A stretch of DNA of 46,229 nucleotides from Rhizobiaceae bacterium (GCA_020628775.1 JAHDEP010000003.1:1-46229); one strand, 5' to 3'; counted from the first letter of the stretch, positions 20,234 through 29,534 are shown. Program-made: numbers and translations. The notes: generated by a model from the sequence alone, not told the origin.

Positions 20234-21536
20234 TTCTAAATATCGGGATTTCAAATCCTTTTTAAAAAGCTTGTCTTTGAACGAATTAAAAGCGCTAAGC
20301 CGTGATTGGCAATTATCTGCACGGCGAGAGCAATTACCTCCCATTGGTCAGTGGTTTACCTGGTTAATATTGGGCGGAAGGGGTGCTGGCAAAACCCGGG
20401 CCGGGGCAGAATGGGTGCATGATGCTTCAAGCTCCGGCCATTTGATGGATAAGGTATCAGGCAGAAAACTAGTTTATGGCCGCATTGCGCTGGTGGCTGA
20501 AACATTAAGCGACGCACGTGAGGTGATGGTGGATGGTCAAAGCGGTATCCTGAATATCGCAAAGCGTAATCGTCCAGTTTATGAAAGTTCGCGTCGACGT
20601 TTGATTTGGCCAAATGGAGCCATTGCGCAGATCTTTTCATCGGAAGATCCTGAGAGTTTACGGGGACCACAATTTGATTTGGCCTGGTGTGATGAGCTGT
20701 GCAAATGGAAATATGCGCAGGAAACTTGGGACATGCTGCAATTTGGATTGCGGCTAGGTTCGCAACCCCGGCAATTGATCACAACCACGCCGCGCCCGAT
20801 TGAATTGTTAAAACAGATTATGGAAGATCCATTGACGGTGATAACAAAAATGCGCACCGACGATAATAAGGCGCATTTGGCCAAGAGCTTTTTGCATAAT
20901 GTAAATGCGCGATATGCTGATACAAGATTGGGACGTCAGGAGCTTGATGGCGAGGTTATATCTGACCTTGAAAACGCACTGTGGCAACGTGAAATGCTTG
21001 AAAAAATACGCTTGCCGCAATTGCCTGATCTTCAGCGGATTGTGGTGGCAATTGATCCACCTGTATCGGCGACTGCGAAAAACTCCTGCTGCGGGATTGT
21101 TGTTGCGGGTCTTGATGCAAAAGGTTCGGGGATTGTTTTGGAAGATGGTTCTATTGATGGTGCAAGTCCAAGCAAATGGGCTGCGCGCGCGGTGGAATTA
21201 TTCCATAGATATGAAGCGGATATGGTGGTGGCAGAAGGTAATCAGGGCGGAGATATGGTGCGCTCGGTGCTGCAGGCAAGTGATGCGACCCTACCGATCC
21301 AAATTGTCCATGCAACGCGTGGCAAATGGCTGCGCGCTGAACCGGTTGCTGCGCTTTATGAGCAAAATAGGGTCAAGCATTTAGGTGCATTTAAAAAGCT
21401 TGAGGATCAGATGTGTAATTTCTCAAACACAAATGGTTCAAATGCAATTTCTCCAGATAGGCTCGATGCGCTTGTATGGGCGTTAACGGCATTGATGCTT
21501 GATCAATCTGGTGCGCCTGCAATTCGTGCTGTTTAG
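20151..21536 (+). CDS. GTA large terminase (g2)
   Basis: GGRGAGKTRAGAEW Walker A, LRGPQFDLAWCDE Walker B, VVAIDPP, SPDRLDALVWA. Start uncertain. Confidence 0.95.
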   Translation: MRSCQKKTLKSSKKKLNTSSNKQVRADNSKYRDFKSFLKSLSLNELKALSRDWQLSARREQLPPIGQWFTWLILGGRGAGKTRAGAEWVHDASSSGHLMDKVSGRKLVYGRIALVAETLSDAREVMVDGQSGILNIAKRNRPVYESSRRRLIWPNGAIAQIFSSEDPESLRGPQFDLAWCDELCKWKYAQETWDMLQFGLRLGSQPRQLITTTPRPIELLKQIMEDPLTVITKMRTDDNKAHLAKSFLHNVNARYADTRLGRQELDGEVISDLENALWQREMLEKIRLPQLPDLQRIVVAIDPPVSATAKNSCCGIVVAGLDAKGSGIVLEDGSIDGASPSKWAARAVELFHRYEADMVVAEGNQGGDMVRSVLQASDATLPIQIVHATRGKWLRAEPVAALYEQNRVKHLGAFKKLEDQMCNFSNTNGSNAISPDRLDALVWALTALMLDQSGAPAIRAV

Positions 21537-21589
21537 TCGGCAGTTTTTTTAAATTCTATATCGAATAAGATGTTAAAAAGGATCACTCT

Positions 21590-22801
21590 ATGAGTTGGTT
21601 TACAAACCTTCGTGGCATGATGAAAGCTAATCATGAGGCTCAGGAAAATGGGTCGAATGATGTCGATCTGTCGCAAAAAACAGCACCCGCAAACGGCTAT
21701 ATTTCATTGCATGAAACGGGATTAGCCAATTGGTCATCTCGCAATTATCTATCAATGTCCCGCGAAGGTTTCATGAAAAATCCAATTGCGCACCGCGCCA
21801 TTAGAATGATTTCTGAAACGGCAGCAAATGTGCCCTGGACTTTGTTTGAAAACGAGACAGAACTTTCAGATCATCCGGCGCTTAAACTCCTTCAAAAACC
21901 CAATAATGTATCCGGAGCTGCAGATTTTCTAGAAGGGCTTTATGGCCACTTGCTTCTATCAGGAAATGCCTTTGTGAAAGTTTTGACAGATGGCGAAACT
22001 CCGCTTGAGTTACATGCGCTCAGGCCAGACCGAATTCGCGTTATTTCGGGGCGAGACGGATGGCCGGAAGCCTTTGAATATCAAGTGAGTAATCATAAAG
22101 AACGGTTTGAACTTAATACTAATTCAAAGCCTCAGATCCTGCATTTGAAATTGTTTCACCCATTGGATGATCATATGGGGTTTGCACCACTTGAAGCCGC
22201 TTTGATGGCGCTAGATTTGCACAATTCTGCAAGCGGATGGAATAAAGCCTTGCTTGATAATTCCGCTCGCCCTTCAGGTGCATTGGTTTATCAGCCAAAA
22301 GACGGCGGCAATCTAACACAAGATCAGTTTGACCGGTTAAAGGGTGAACTTGAAGAAGGATATTCCGGTGTACAAAAAGCCGGCAAGCCGCTGCTTTTGG
22401 AAGGTGGGCTCGATTGGAAAGCCATTGGGTTAACACCAAAGGATATGGATTTTGTCGAAGCTAAAAATGGTGCCAGTCGTGATATCGCATTGGCGCTCGG
22501 GGTTCCGCCTATGTTGCTTGGTATTCCTGGCGACAATACCTATGCCAATTATCAAGAAGCCAATCGTGCTTTTTCACGCTTAACCGTTTTGCCGTTGGTT
22601 ATGCGTATTGCCGCCAGCATGAGCACTTACTTGCAAAATTTTTATGGTGGTGAATTTCGCTTTGAACCCGATATTGATAAAATGCCGGGGCTTTCATCTG
22701 AGCGCGATATGCTTTGGGCAAGGCTTGAAAACACGACATTCTTGACCGACCAAGAAAAGCGGAAAGCCGTTGGTTATCAATCTGTTGCTGGCGACGAATG
22801 A
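21590..22801 (+). CDS. GTA portal protein, HK97 family (g3)
   Basis: LHALRPDR, WNKALLDNSARPSGAL, GVPPMLLGIPGDNTYANYQEANR. Confidence 0.96.
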   Translation: MSWFTNLRGMMKANHEAQENGSNDVDLSQKTAPANGYISLHETGLANWSSRNYLSMSREGFMKNPIAHRAIRMISETAANVPWTLFENETELSDHPALKLLQKPNNVSGAADFLEGLYGHLLLSGNAFVKVLTDGETPLELHALRPDRIRVISGRDGWPEAFEYQVSNHKERFELNTNSKPQILHLKLFHPLDDHMGFAPLEAALMALDLHNSASGWNKALLDNSARPSGALVYQPKDGGNLTQDQFDRLKGELEEGYSGVQKAGKPLLLEGGLDWKAIGLTPKDMDFVEAKNGASRDIALALGVPPMLLGIPGDNTYANYQEANRAFSRLTVLPLVMRIAASMSTYLQNFYGGEFRFEPDIDKMPGLSSERDMLWARLENTTFLTDQEKRKAVGYQSVAGDE

Positions 22802-22880
22802 GTTCCCTGTAACTTAAAAACACAAATCAAATCAATTTAAAAACAAGTATTACGCAAATCAAAAAGGTTCAGCGGAAAGC

Positions 22881-23402
22881 ATGAAACACGCCAATATTTT
22901 ACTTTCTGATGCCAAAGATGATGGCTTTATTTCCGGTTATGCCAGCCTGTTTGATATCGCAGATTTATCCAATGATGTGATCGAAAAAGGCGCGTTTAAA
23001 AACTCTATTGCAAGCCATAAAGCAAGCCGCATCAAACTCTTATTCCAGCATGATCCGAACCAACCTATTGGTCATTGGGTCAAAATCGTTGAGGACAAAA
23101 AAGGGCTGTATGTCGAAGGTAAATTGACCTTGGGTAATGCGAAGGCAAAAGACATTCACGCGCTCATTTTATCCGGTGCCATTGAGGGTCTCTCAATCGG
23201 CTTTAAAACAAAGCGTTCGCGCAAAGACCCAAAAACCGGGGCACGCCACATTATTGAAGCTGAGCTATGGGAAATATCCATCGTAACGTTTCCGATGCTC
23301 CCTGCTGCACGCATCGATGTGGCCAAGGGCCTGCCATCGCCACCTTCAAGTTTTGATAATCGAATGGCCCAAGTGATCCGCAATGCCGTTGCGCGGTTTT
23401 AA
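22881..23402 (+). CDS. GTA prohead protease, HK97 family (g4)
   Basis: GYASLF..LLFQHDP..PIG.W..GLSIGF..LWEISIVTFPM. Confidence 0.95.
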   Translation: MKHANILLSDAKDDGFISGYASLFDIADLSNDVIEKGAFKNSIASHKASRIKLLFQHDPNQPIGHWVKIVEDKKGLYVEGKLTLGNAKAKDIHALILSGAIEGLSIGFKTKRSRKDPKTGARHIIEAELWEISIVTFPMLPAARIDVAKGLPSPPSSFDNRMAQVIRNAVARF

Positions 23403-23454
23403 CCGCAAGTAATTTCTCAAACCAACATCAGTTCATCTTTTGAAAGGAACTATA

Positions 23455-24762
23455 ATGACGATTGCAAACCGTAAGCGTGCTGCTGAGGATAAGCAGCTGG
23501 AGAAGAAAGTGCGCCCGCCGCAGAATTTGGAAACCAAAACCGTTGAGACTAAATCGACCGGTAATGAAGTTGCCAATGCCTTTGAAGATTTCATGCGCGC
23601 GTTTGAAAGTTATAAGGAAACCAACGATGAGCGTTTGGCCCAGGTTGAACAACGTATTGGCACTGACGTTGTAACCACGGAAAAAATGGACCGCATTTCC
23701 CGATCCATGGATGAACAAAAGCGTAAGCTTGATCAGTTGATGGTAAAGGGCTCACGCCCTGTATTGGGTGATCAATCATTTGATTTTTCAGACAATGAGC
23801 ACAAGAACGCATTTAATGCTTATATCCGTCGCGGCGATGAAATGGGTCTGCGTCTTGTCGAACAAAAAGCGCTGTCGCAATCAAGTGATCCTGATGGTGG
23901 CTATCTGGTGCCGGATGAACTTGATCAACAAATTGGACGTCGTCTATCAGACTTATCACCAATTCGCAGCATTTCATCGGTGCGCCAAGTCACGGGTTCG
24001 GTGTTGAAGAAACCATTTTCTCAAAATGGTATGGCTGTAGGCTGGGTGGGCGAAACTGATGCTCGCCCGCAAACAACCACAGCGCAATTGGTGGAGCTGC
24101 AGTTCCCCACTATGGAACTTTATGCCATGCCAGCTGCAACGTCATCTCTTCTAGAAGATAGTGCGATTGATATCGATACCTGGATTATGAGCGAGGTTGA
24201 AGCAGCCTTTGCAGAACAAGAAGGATCAGCATTTGTAAATGGCGATGGTGTGAACAAACCAACAGGTTTCCTAAACGCCCCGCAAGTGGATGATGCAAGT
24301 TGGAGCTGGGGTAATCTTGGTTATATCGCAACAGGTACCGATGCAGGATTTGGCGATGATCCGTCTGACAGACTAATTGAAACAATTTATTCGCTCAAAT
24401 CCGGATATCGTCAGAATGCAAAATTTGTGATGAACCGCAAGACGCAAGGAACCATTCGCCAGTTTAAAGACGCAGATGGGAACTATATGTGGCAGCCACC
24501 TGCAGCACCCGGCCAGCAAGCTATGCTGCACGGATTTCCCGTCGTAGAAGCTGAAGATATGCCAGATATTGCAACGGATACAATGTCAGTCGCATTCGGT
24601 GATTTCGAGCGCGGCTATCTTGTTGTTGATCGCCAGGGTGTTTCGGTCTTGCGTGATCCGTATTCGGCCAAACCTTATGTGTTGTTTTACACCACAAAAC
24701 GTGTCGGCGGCGGCGTACAAAATTATGAAGCATTAAAGCTCATCAAATTTGGCACCGCATAA
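23455..24762 (+). CDS. GTA major capsid protein (g5)
   Basis: DGGYLVP, ELYAMPAAT..LLED, FVNGDGVNKP.GFL, RDPYSAKPYVLFYTTKRVGGGV; AAGGA RBS before ATG 23455. Confidence 0.97.
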   Translation: MTIANRKRAAEDKQLEKKVRPPQNLETKTVETKSTGNEVANAFEDFMRAFESYKETNDERLAQVEQRIGTDVVTTEKMDRISRSMDEQKRKLDQLMVKGSRPVLGDQSFDFSDNEHKNAFNAYIRRGDEMGLRLVEQKALSQSSDPDGGYLVPDELDQQIGRRLSDLSPIRSISSVRQVTGSVLKKPFSQNGMAVGWVGETDARPQTTTAQLVELQFPTMELYAMPAATSSLLEDSAIDIDTWIMSEVEAAFAEQEGSAFVNGDGVNKPTGFLNAPQVDDASWSWGNLGYIATGTDAGFGDDPSDRLIETIYSLKSGYRQNAKFVMNRKTQGTIRQFKDADGNYMWQPPAAPGQQAMLHGFPVVEAEDMPDIATDTMSVAFGDFERGYLVVDRQGVSVLRDPYSAKPYVLFYTTKRVGGGVQNYEALKLIKFGTA

Positions 24763-24784
24763 ATAGCTTTCAAAAACTGAAATC

Positions 24785-24818
24785 AACCCCTGCTGAATGA
24801 TCATTTGGCAGGGGTTTT
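24785..24818 (+). terminator. Intrinsic terminator after the capsid gene
   Basis: AACCCCTGC-tgaatgatcatttg-GCAGGGGTT followed by TT; the inner arm extends the stem with G-U pairs. Confidence 0.75.
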
Positions 24819-24862
24819 ATCACTCAATTTTTCTTCCAAACACTTTTGCAAATAGGTATTTG

Positions 24863-25429
24863 ATGACGCTCGTTTTATCTCAATCACCCGAAACGGAACC
24901 GGTTACGCTTGAAGACGTAAAAGCGCATTTGCGCCTTGATCATGAAAGTGAGGATGAGCTTTTAAATTCGTTAATCGCCGCAGCCCGCGAGTATCTAGAG
25001 CAACAAACTCAATTGGCGCTCATGACGCAAATCTGGCGATTGTGCTTAGATAGCTGGCCAATTGATAAATGCGTAAAACTGTATAAATCGCCGGTGCAAT
25101 CGATCGATCAAATTGAACAATTTGATGCAAGTGGCATAGGGTCACAAATCTCGACCAGCGAAATGCTGCTTGATAGCAACGCGCATCCCGCGCGCCTTTA
25201 CATCAATGCGCAATCTGCCCCTGAACAAGTGATCAATGGAATTGAAATCACGTTTACTGCAGGCTTTCAAAGTGCAAGCGAAGTGCCTGATATGCTAAAG
25301 CGGGCTTTGCTTATTCATATCGCACAAATGTATGAATTTCGCGGTGTGGTGTCTGCTAATATGCAGCCCGCCGCTGTGCCTCAAGGTTATCTCGCATTAA
25401 TTAGCCCATGGGTTCGGAGATCAATCTGA
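24863..25429 (+). CDS. GTA head-tail connector/adaptor (g6)
   Basis: EPVTLEDVKAHLRLD..ED.LL..LI.AAR..TQ.W..VP..LK.A.L; start moved to ATG 24863. Confidence 0.9.
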   Translation: MTLVLSQSPETEPVTLEDVKAHLRLDHESEDELLNSLIAAAREYLEQQTQLALMTQIWRLCLDSWPIDKCVKLYKSPVQSIDQIEQFDASGIGSQISTSEMLLDSNAHPARLYINAQSAPEQVINGIEITFTAGFQSASEVPDMLKRALLIHIAQMYEFRGVVSANMQPAAVPQGYLALISPWVRRSI

Positions 25430-25764
25430 TGGAACTCCAGTTTTTTGACCCAGGCTTGCTGCGCATCCCAATTGAGCTGCAAACATGTCAACTAATCCCA
25501 GATGGACAGGGTGGCGCTGATGAAGCATGGATTGGCGTTGCAGAACTTTTTGCGCATATCGCACCGATGAATTCTTCGCTCCGTACCCGTGCTCAATATG
25601 ATGATCAGATCATCACACACGGCATTACGATCAGGTATCGCGAAGACATCAGTTTAGATCAAAGGTTTTTAAGAAATGCGCGCGTCTTCGCCATTCGCGG
25701 TTTTTATGATCTGGATGAAACTAAACGATATCTCATCTGCAAATGCGAGGAAATTTCATCGTGA
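25429..25764 (+). CDS. GTA head closure/stopper protein (g7)
   Basis: DPGLLR..PDGQGG..W..THGITIRYR..RYLICKCEE; TGATG overlap. Confidence 0.87.
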   Translation: MELQFFDPGLLRIPIELQTCQLIPDGQGGADEAWIGVAELFAHIAPMNSSLRTRAQYDDQIITHGITIRYREDISLDQRFLRNARVFAIRGFYDLDETKRYLICKCEEISS

Positions 25765-25803
25765 ATATTTATGCAGACATCCTGGAAAACGTGAGGTGTT
25801 AAG

Positions 25804-26208
25804 ATGGGGCATTCAACTTCTCATTTACAAAAAGCTATCTTTGAAACATTGAACGAAAACGCTGCATTAAAAGCGCTAATTGGTGAAGACAAAGTGTTGA
25901 GCCATGTGAGGTTAAAGACAGATTTTCCCTATATTGTGATTTGCAATTGGCAAACAGAAGACTGGTCAACATCCACCGATAAAGGTGAGTTACATCGGTT
26001 TGATATCGATGTCTGGGATGATAATCCATCAACGCTATCGCAGCAGAATATTGCCTCCAAAATCATTGAATTGCTGCATGATCAACCGTTGGAGTTGGTC
26101 CTTGGAAACCTTGTTAACCTTCGTTTTGAAAACTCAGTTCACAACACGCAAGGTAGTAAAAAATTGCAACCATTGAGTTTAAAATTTCGCGCCACTATCG
26201 AATTTTAA
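25804..26208 (+). CDS. GTA tail terminator, DUF3168 (g8)
   Basis: LQKAIF..FPY..DWSTSTDKGELH..VW..LVNLRF. Confidence 0.87.
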   Translation: MGHSTSHLQKAIFETLNENAALKALIGEDKVLSHVRLKTDFPYIVICNWQTEDWSTSTDKGELHRFDIDVWDDNPSTLSQQNIASKIIELLHDQPLELVLGNLVNLRFENSVHNTQGSKKLQPLSLKFRATIEF

Positions 26209-26234
26209 ACTACCAAATTGGAAAGGTAATAATT

Positions 26235-26642
26235 ATGGCAGCTCAAAAGGGAAAAGATCTTTTGATCAAGGTTGACCAAGATGGAACATTCATCACGGTT
26301 GCAGGTCTACGCGCGAAGAGATTGGCATTTAATGCCGAAACGGTTGATATCACGGATGCTGAATCAAGCGGTCGTTGGCGGGAATTGCTCGAAGGTGCCG
26401 GCGTGCAACGTGCAAGCATATCGGGTTCCGGGATATTTAAAGATGCGGACAGTGACGAATTGGTTCGCTCTGCATTTTTTAATGGAAACATCAAAAATTG
26501 GGAAATCACAATTCCAGATTTTGGGGTGGTTACAGGGTTATTCCAACTCACATCACTTGAATATTCCGGACAGCATAATGGTGAAATATCATTTGAAGCT
26601 GCAATGGAATCTGCTGGTCTATTAAGCTTTGGGGCGGTGTAA
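26235..26642 (+). CDS. GTA major tail tube protein, TP901-1 family (g9)
   Basis: MAAQKGKDLLIK..AGLR..FNAETVDIT..GRWRELL..IPDFG. Confidence 0.95.
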   Translation: MAAQKGKDLLIKVDQDGTFITVAGLRAKRLAFNAETVDITDAESSGRWRELLEGAGVQRASISGSGIFKDADSDELVRSAFFNGNIKNWEITIPDFGVVTGLFQLTSLEYSGQHNGEISFEAAMESAGLLSFGAV

Positions 26643-27058
26643 TGAACAAAATCACCCCAGTAGGCGAAGCTGCGCAGAAGACGGCTTCCAGTGTTTTACC
26701 CAACCGAAGGCGTGGCGAGGTTTTAATCACGATCGATAATACCCCTCGCATCATGTGTTTAACGCTCGGCGCTCTTACCGAGCTTGAGGATGCCTTTCAT
26801 GTTGATAATCTTTCAGAACTTGGCACATATTTTTCAAATGGAAAATTTAGCGCCGATGATCTTGTTCATATCATCGGGGCAGGGCTTCGAGGCGGTGGTA
26901 ATCTTTATACAGATGAAGATATCAGAAGCCTCAGCATCGAAGGCGGTGCAGTCGGTCTTGCACAAGTTGCAGCTGAGTTGTTGAAGATTACATTTTCCAG
27001 CGGGCATAATGAGGAAAATGAGCAATTTGAAGAGCACAAAAAATCTGAAAAAAAGTAG
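26642..27058 (+). CDS. GTA tail assembly chaperone (g10)
   Basis: NRRRGEV..CLTLGAL.ELE..IIGAGLRGGG; ends GAA AAA AAG TAG. Confidence 0.9.
   Translation: MNKITPVGEAAQKTASSVLPNRRRGEVLITIDNTPRIMCLTLGALTELEDAFHVDNLSELGTYFSNGKFSADDLVHIIGAGLRGGGNLYTDEDIRSLSIEGGAVGLAQVAAELLKITFSSGHNEENEQFEEHKKSEKK
27049..27055 (+). other. Putative -1 programmed ribosomal frameshift site (A AAA AAG)
   Basis: In-frame X-XXY-YYZ heptamer directly before the g10 stop; the -1 frame opens here (TGA at 27046-27048 closes it upstream). Confidence 0.78.
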
Positions 27059-27324
27059 GTCGCGCAGCTGAACACAAAAAAATAACAATAAGTCAAAATC
27101 CGGGATCAGCCCCTTATAGAAATGATAAGTTTCCATGGGACCAGCTACTCGGATTTGCCCTTGTTCGGTTGCGATTATCACCTGGTGAGTTTTGGGGCTT
27201 GTCATTGCCCGAACTAACCGCTGCCATCACTTATTTAAGTCCCGGTAAATCCTCACAAACCTCGTCCATGAAGCACGATGATTTGCATGTTCTTATGACC
27301 CGATATCCCGATCTTAAAACTTAA
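27049..27324 (+). CDS. GTA g10.1-like tail chaperone C-terminal segment, in the -1 frame of g10
   Basis: Not in ORF track. Translates KKVGRAAEHKKITISQNPGSAPYRNDKFPWDQLLGFALVRLRLSPGEFWGLSLPEL..DLHVLMTRYPDLKT*; FPW..LRL.P..FW..EL..LM..YPD is the g10.1 pattern. No ATG/GTG/TTG before FPW. Confidence 0.85.
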   Translation, partial: KKVGRAAEHKKITISQNPGSAPYRNDKFPWDQLLGFALVRLRLSPGEFWGLSLPELTAAITYLSPGKSSQTSSMKHDDLHVLMTRYPDLKT

Positions 27325-27352
27325 GCAGTTCGTACCCTTGAAAGTGATCAAT

Positions 27353-27943
27353 ATGGTTGCAGATAACATACCTGTAGAGATTTCGATCTCCGGTAATTTT
27401 GACGAAATATCAAGTGAATTATCCCAACTTGAAATCCAAGCAGATCAGTTTGGCAAAGCAATGACGAGCGCGCTTAAAAGTTCGATCCTTGATGGTGAAA
27501 GTTTTTCACAAGTTCTCAACAATCTCGCCCTGTCGCTCTCTGATATGGCGTTAAATGCTGCATTGGCACCAATTGAAACAGGTATCAGCAATCTGTTCAG
27601 TTCCGTATTGGGTGGTGGATCATTATTTGCAGGTACCAATGCCTTGCCGACCAATCTCATCCCTTTTGCAAATGGTGGTGTCGTTTCATCGCCGACATTG
27701 TTTCCCATGGGCGGTTCAGGTTCGAATGTCGGGCTTATGGGGGAAGCTGGTTCGGAAGCAATTTTGCCTCTAGCACGCGGCGCGGATGGGAGTTTGGGTG
27801 TTGCAACATCAGGTTCACAATCACCACCTGTCAACATCTCATTTAATATCAACACCCCAGATGCCGATGGATTTAAACGCTCAGAAACACAAATCTCTAC
27901 CATGCTCGCGCGTGCTGTGGGGCGAGGGCAACGCGGTCTTTAA
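27353..27943 (+). CDS. GTA tail tape measure protein (g11)
   Basis: ~196 aa; PFANGGVVSSPT.FPM..GLMGEAGSEAILPL.RG.DG.LGV..F.RSE.Q..RGQR. Confidence 0.92.
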   Translation: MVADNIPVEISISGNFDEISSELSQLEIQADQFGKAMTSALKSSILDGESFSQVLNNLALSLSDMALNAALAPIETGISNLFSSVLGGGSLFAGTNALPTNLIPFANGGVVSSPTLFPMGGSGSNVGLMGEAGSEAILPLARGADGSLGVATSGSQSPPVNISFNINTPDADGFKRSETQISTMLARAVGRGQRGL

Positions 27944-27999
27944 TGGCTTTCAACAGTTAAAAAACTTCAAGGTGAATATATGAGAAATAGGAGTTTTGC

Positions 28000-28644
28000 A
28001 TGACATCTGGTTTTCACGAGGTTTCGTTCCCCATGTCATTAGCGCTTGGAACCACCGGTGGCCCGGAACGCCGGAACGATATCGTTTTGTTGTCCAATGG
28101 ATATGAAAGCCGAAATGCGCGCTGGCGGGATTCAAGGCGCCGCTATGATGCCGGGTCAGGGATGAAAAGTGCCCGAGATTTATATGAGCTCATTTCGTTT
28201 TTCGAAGCGCGTTGCGGCAACTTATATGGCTTTCGCTTTAAAGATCCGCTCGATCATTTATCCAGTGCATATGGCGAAGATATTTCCGCAACTGACCAGC
28301 AATTAGGCGTAGGTGATGGCGTTACATCTCTCTTTCAGTTGAGCAAAAGTTACGCTGATATCGGTGGATCATCATCGCGCAATATTCAAAAACCGGTGAA
28401 TGGCTCAGTCCGCATTGCTTTGGATGGGGTTGAAGTATTCTCGCCGGAATTTGACGTAAATACTCAGACCGGTCTTGTCTCATTTAACGAACCGCCCACT
28501 CAAGATGTTGTCTTAACCGCAGGGTTTGAGTTTGATGTGCCTGTTAGATTTGATTTAGAGCGTTTGGATATCAATTTATCAAATTTTCACGCCGGCCATA
28601 TTCCTTCTATCCCATTAATTGAAATCAAGACCGAGGATGGGTGA
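28000..28644 (+). CDS. GTA distal tail protein, DUF2460 (g12)
   Basis: FHEVSFP..GGPERR..FFEAR.G..GFRFKDP.D..TAGFEFDVPVRFD. Confidence 0.93.
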   Translation: MTSGFHEVSFPMSLALGTTGGPERRNDIVLLSNGYESRNARWRDSRRRYDAGSGMKSARDLYELISFFEARCGNLYGFRFKDPLDHLSSAYGEDISATDQQLGVGDGVTSLFQLSKSYADIGGSSSRNIQKPVNGSVRIALDGVEVFSPEFDVNTQTGLVSFNEPPTQDVVLTAGFEFDVPVRFDLERLDINLSNFHAGHIPSIPLIEIKTEDG

Positions 28645-29534
28645 TGAAAGAGATTAGCGATGACTTTTCCAGCCAGCTTGAAAACCAGTCCAAGACACTT
28701 TGTAATGCTTGGCGGTTAACGCGTAATGACGGCTTGATTTTTGGTTTTACCGATCATGATCATGCTCTTAACTTTGGTGGAACAGATTTTCTCCCCAATA
28801 GTGGTTTTCTGCCAAGTGCTGTGCGGTCAGAACTTGGCCTTAACGTAGATGAAAGCGAAGTTGCGGGCGCATTTGTAAACGATGCTGTGACAGAAAAAGA
28901 TCTGCGCGATGGTCGTTATGATAATGCAATCATCGAAGTTTATCTGGTGGATTGGAGCTCACCCGATAAGGCTATAAAATTACGCACACAAGAAATTGGT
29001 GAAGTGAGTTTTTCAGATCATCAGTTTCGTGCAGAACTTCGCTCAATAACGCATCGGCTAAACCAGCCCCAAGGACGTGGTTATTGTAAAAAATGTACGG
29101 CTGATTTGGGTGATGATGCCTGCGGCGTTATTCTTGATGACCAGCTATTTAGTGCCACAGGAACCATTGTTTCAGCTTCAAGTGAACAGAGCGCGATTGT
29201 CTCTGGACTGGATGGTTTTGAAGCTTCGTGGTTTCGATTTGGCTTAATCACATGGACGAGCGGTGAAAATGCAAATCTCTCAGTTGAGATTTATGATCAT
29301 GAAAACTCAGAGGGTGATGTGACGCTGAAGTTTTTCGCTCCATTACCTAATCTCCCTCAGGCAGGAGATAGTTTTAAGATCACTGCAGGTTGCGCTAAAA
29401 CATTCTCTGTTTGTGGCGACAAATTTTCAAACACACTGAATTTTCAGGGGTTCCCACACATGCCTGGGCGAGATTTTGCTTATGGATATGCAGATGAGGA
29501 AACCGTCCATGATGGCAGTCCGCTCGTAGATTGA
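28641..29534 (+). CDS. GTA baseplate hub protein, DUF2163 (g13)
   Basis: W.LTR.DG..GFTDHD..C.ADLGD..C..GC.K....C..KF.N..NF.GFPHMPG. Confidence 0.93.
   Translation: MMKEISDDFSSQLENQSKTLCNAWRLTRNDGLIFGFTDHDHALNFGGTDFLPNSGFLPSAVRSELGLNVDESEVAGAFVNDAVTEKDLRDGRYDNAIIEVYLVDWSSPDKAIKLRTQEIGEVSFSDHQFRAELRSITHRLNQPQGRGYCKKCTADLGDDACGVILDDQLFSATGTIVSASSEQSAIVSGLDGFEASWFRFGLITWTSGENANLSVEIYDHENSEGDVTLKFFAPLPNLPQAGDSFKITAGCAKTFSVCGDKFSNTLNFQGFPHMPGRDFAYGYADEETVHDGSPLVD

Noticed and set aside
24797-24862. ORF-track N-terminal extension of the head-tail connector
   Set aside because: Starts inside the terminator hairpin; ATG 24863 has an SD-like AGGT and a family-typical N-terminus.
26834-27903. Minus-strand ORFs of 123 and 152 aa within the tail region
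   Set aside because: Antisense to g10, g10.1 and g11, with no recognisable motifs.
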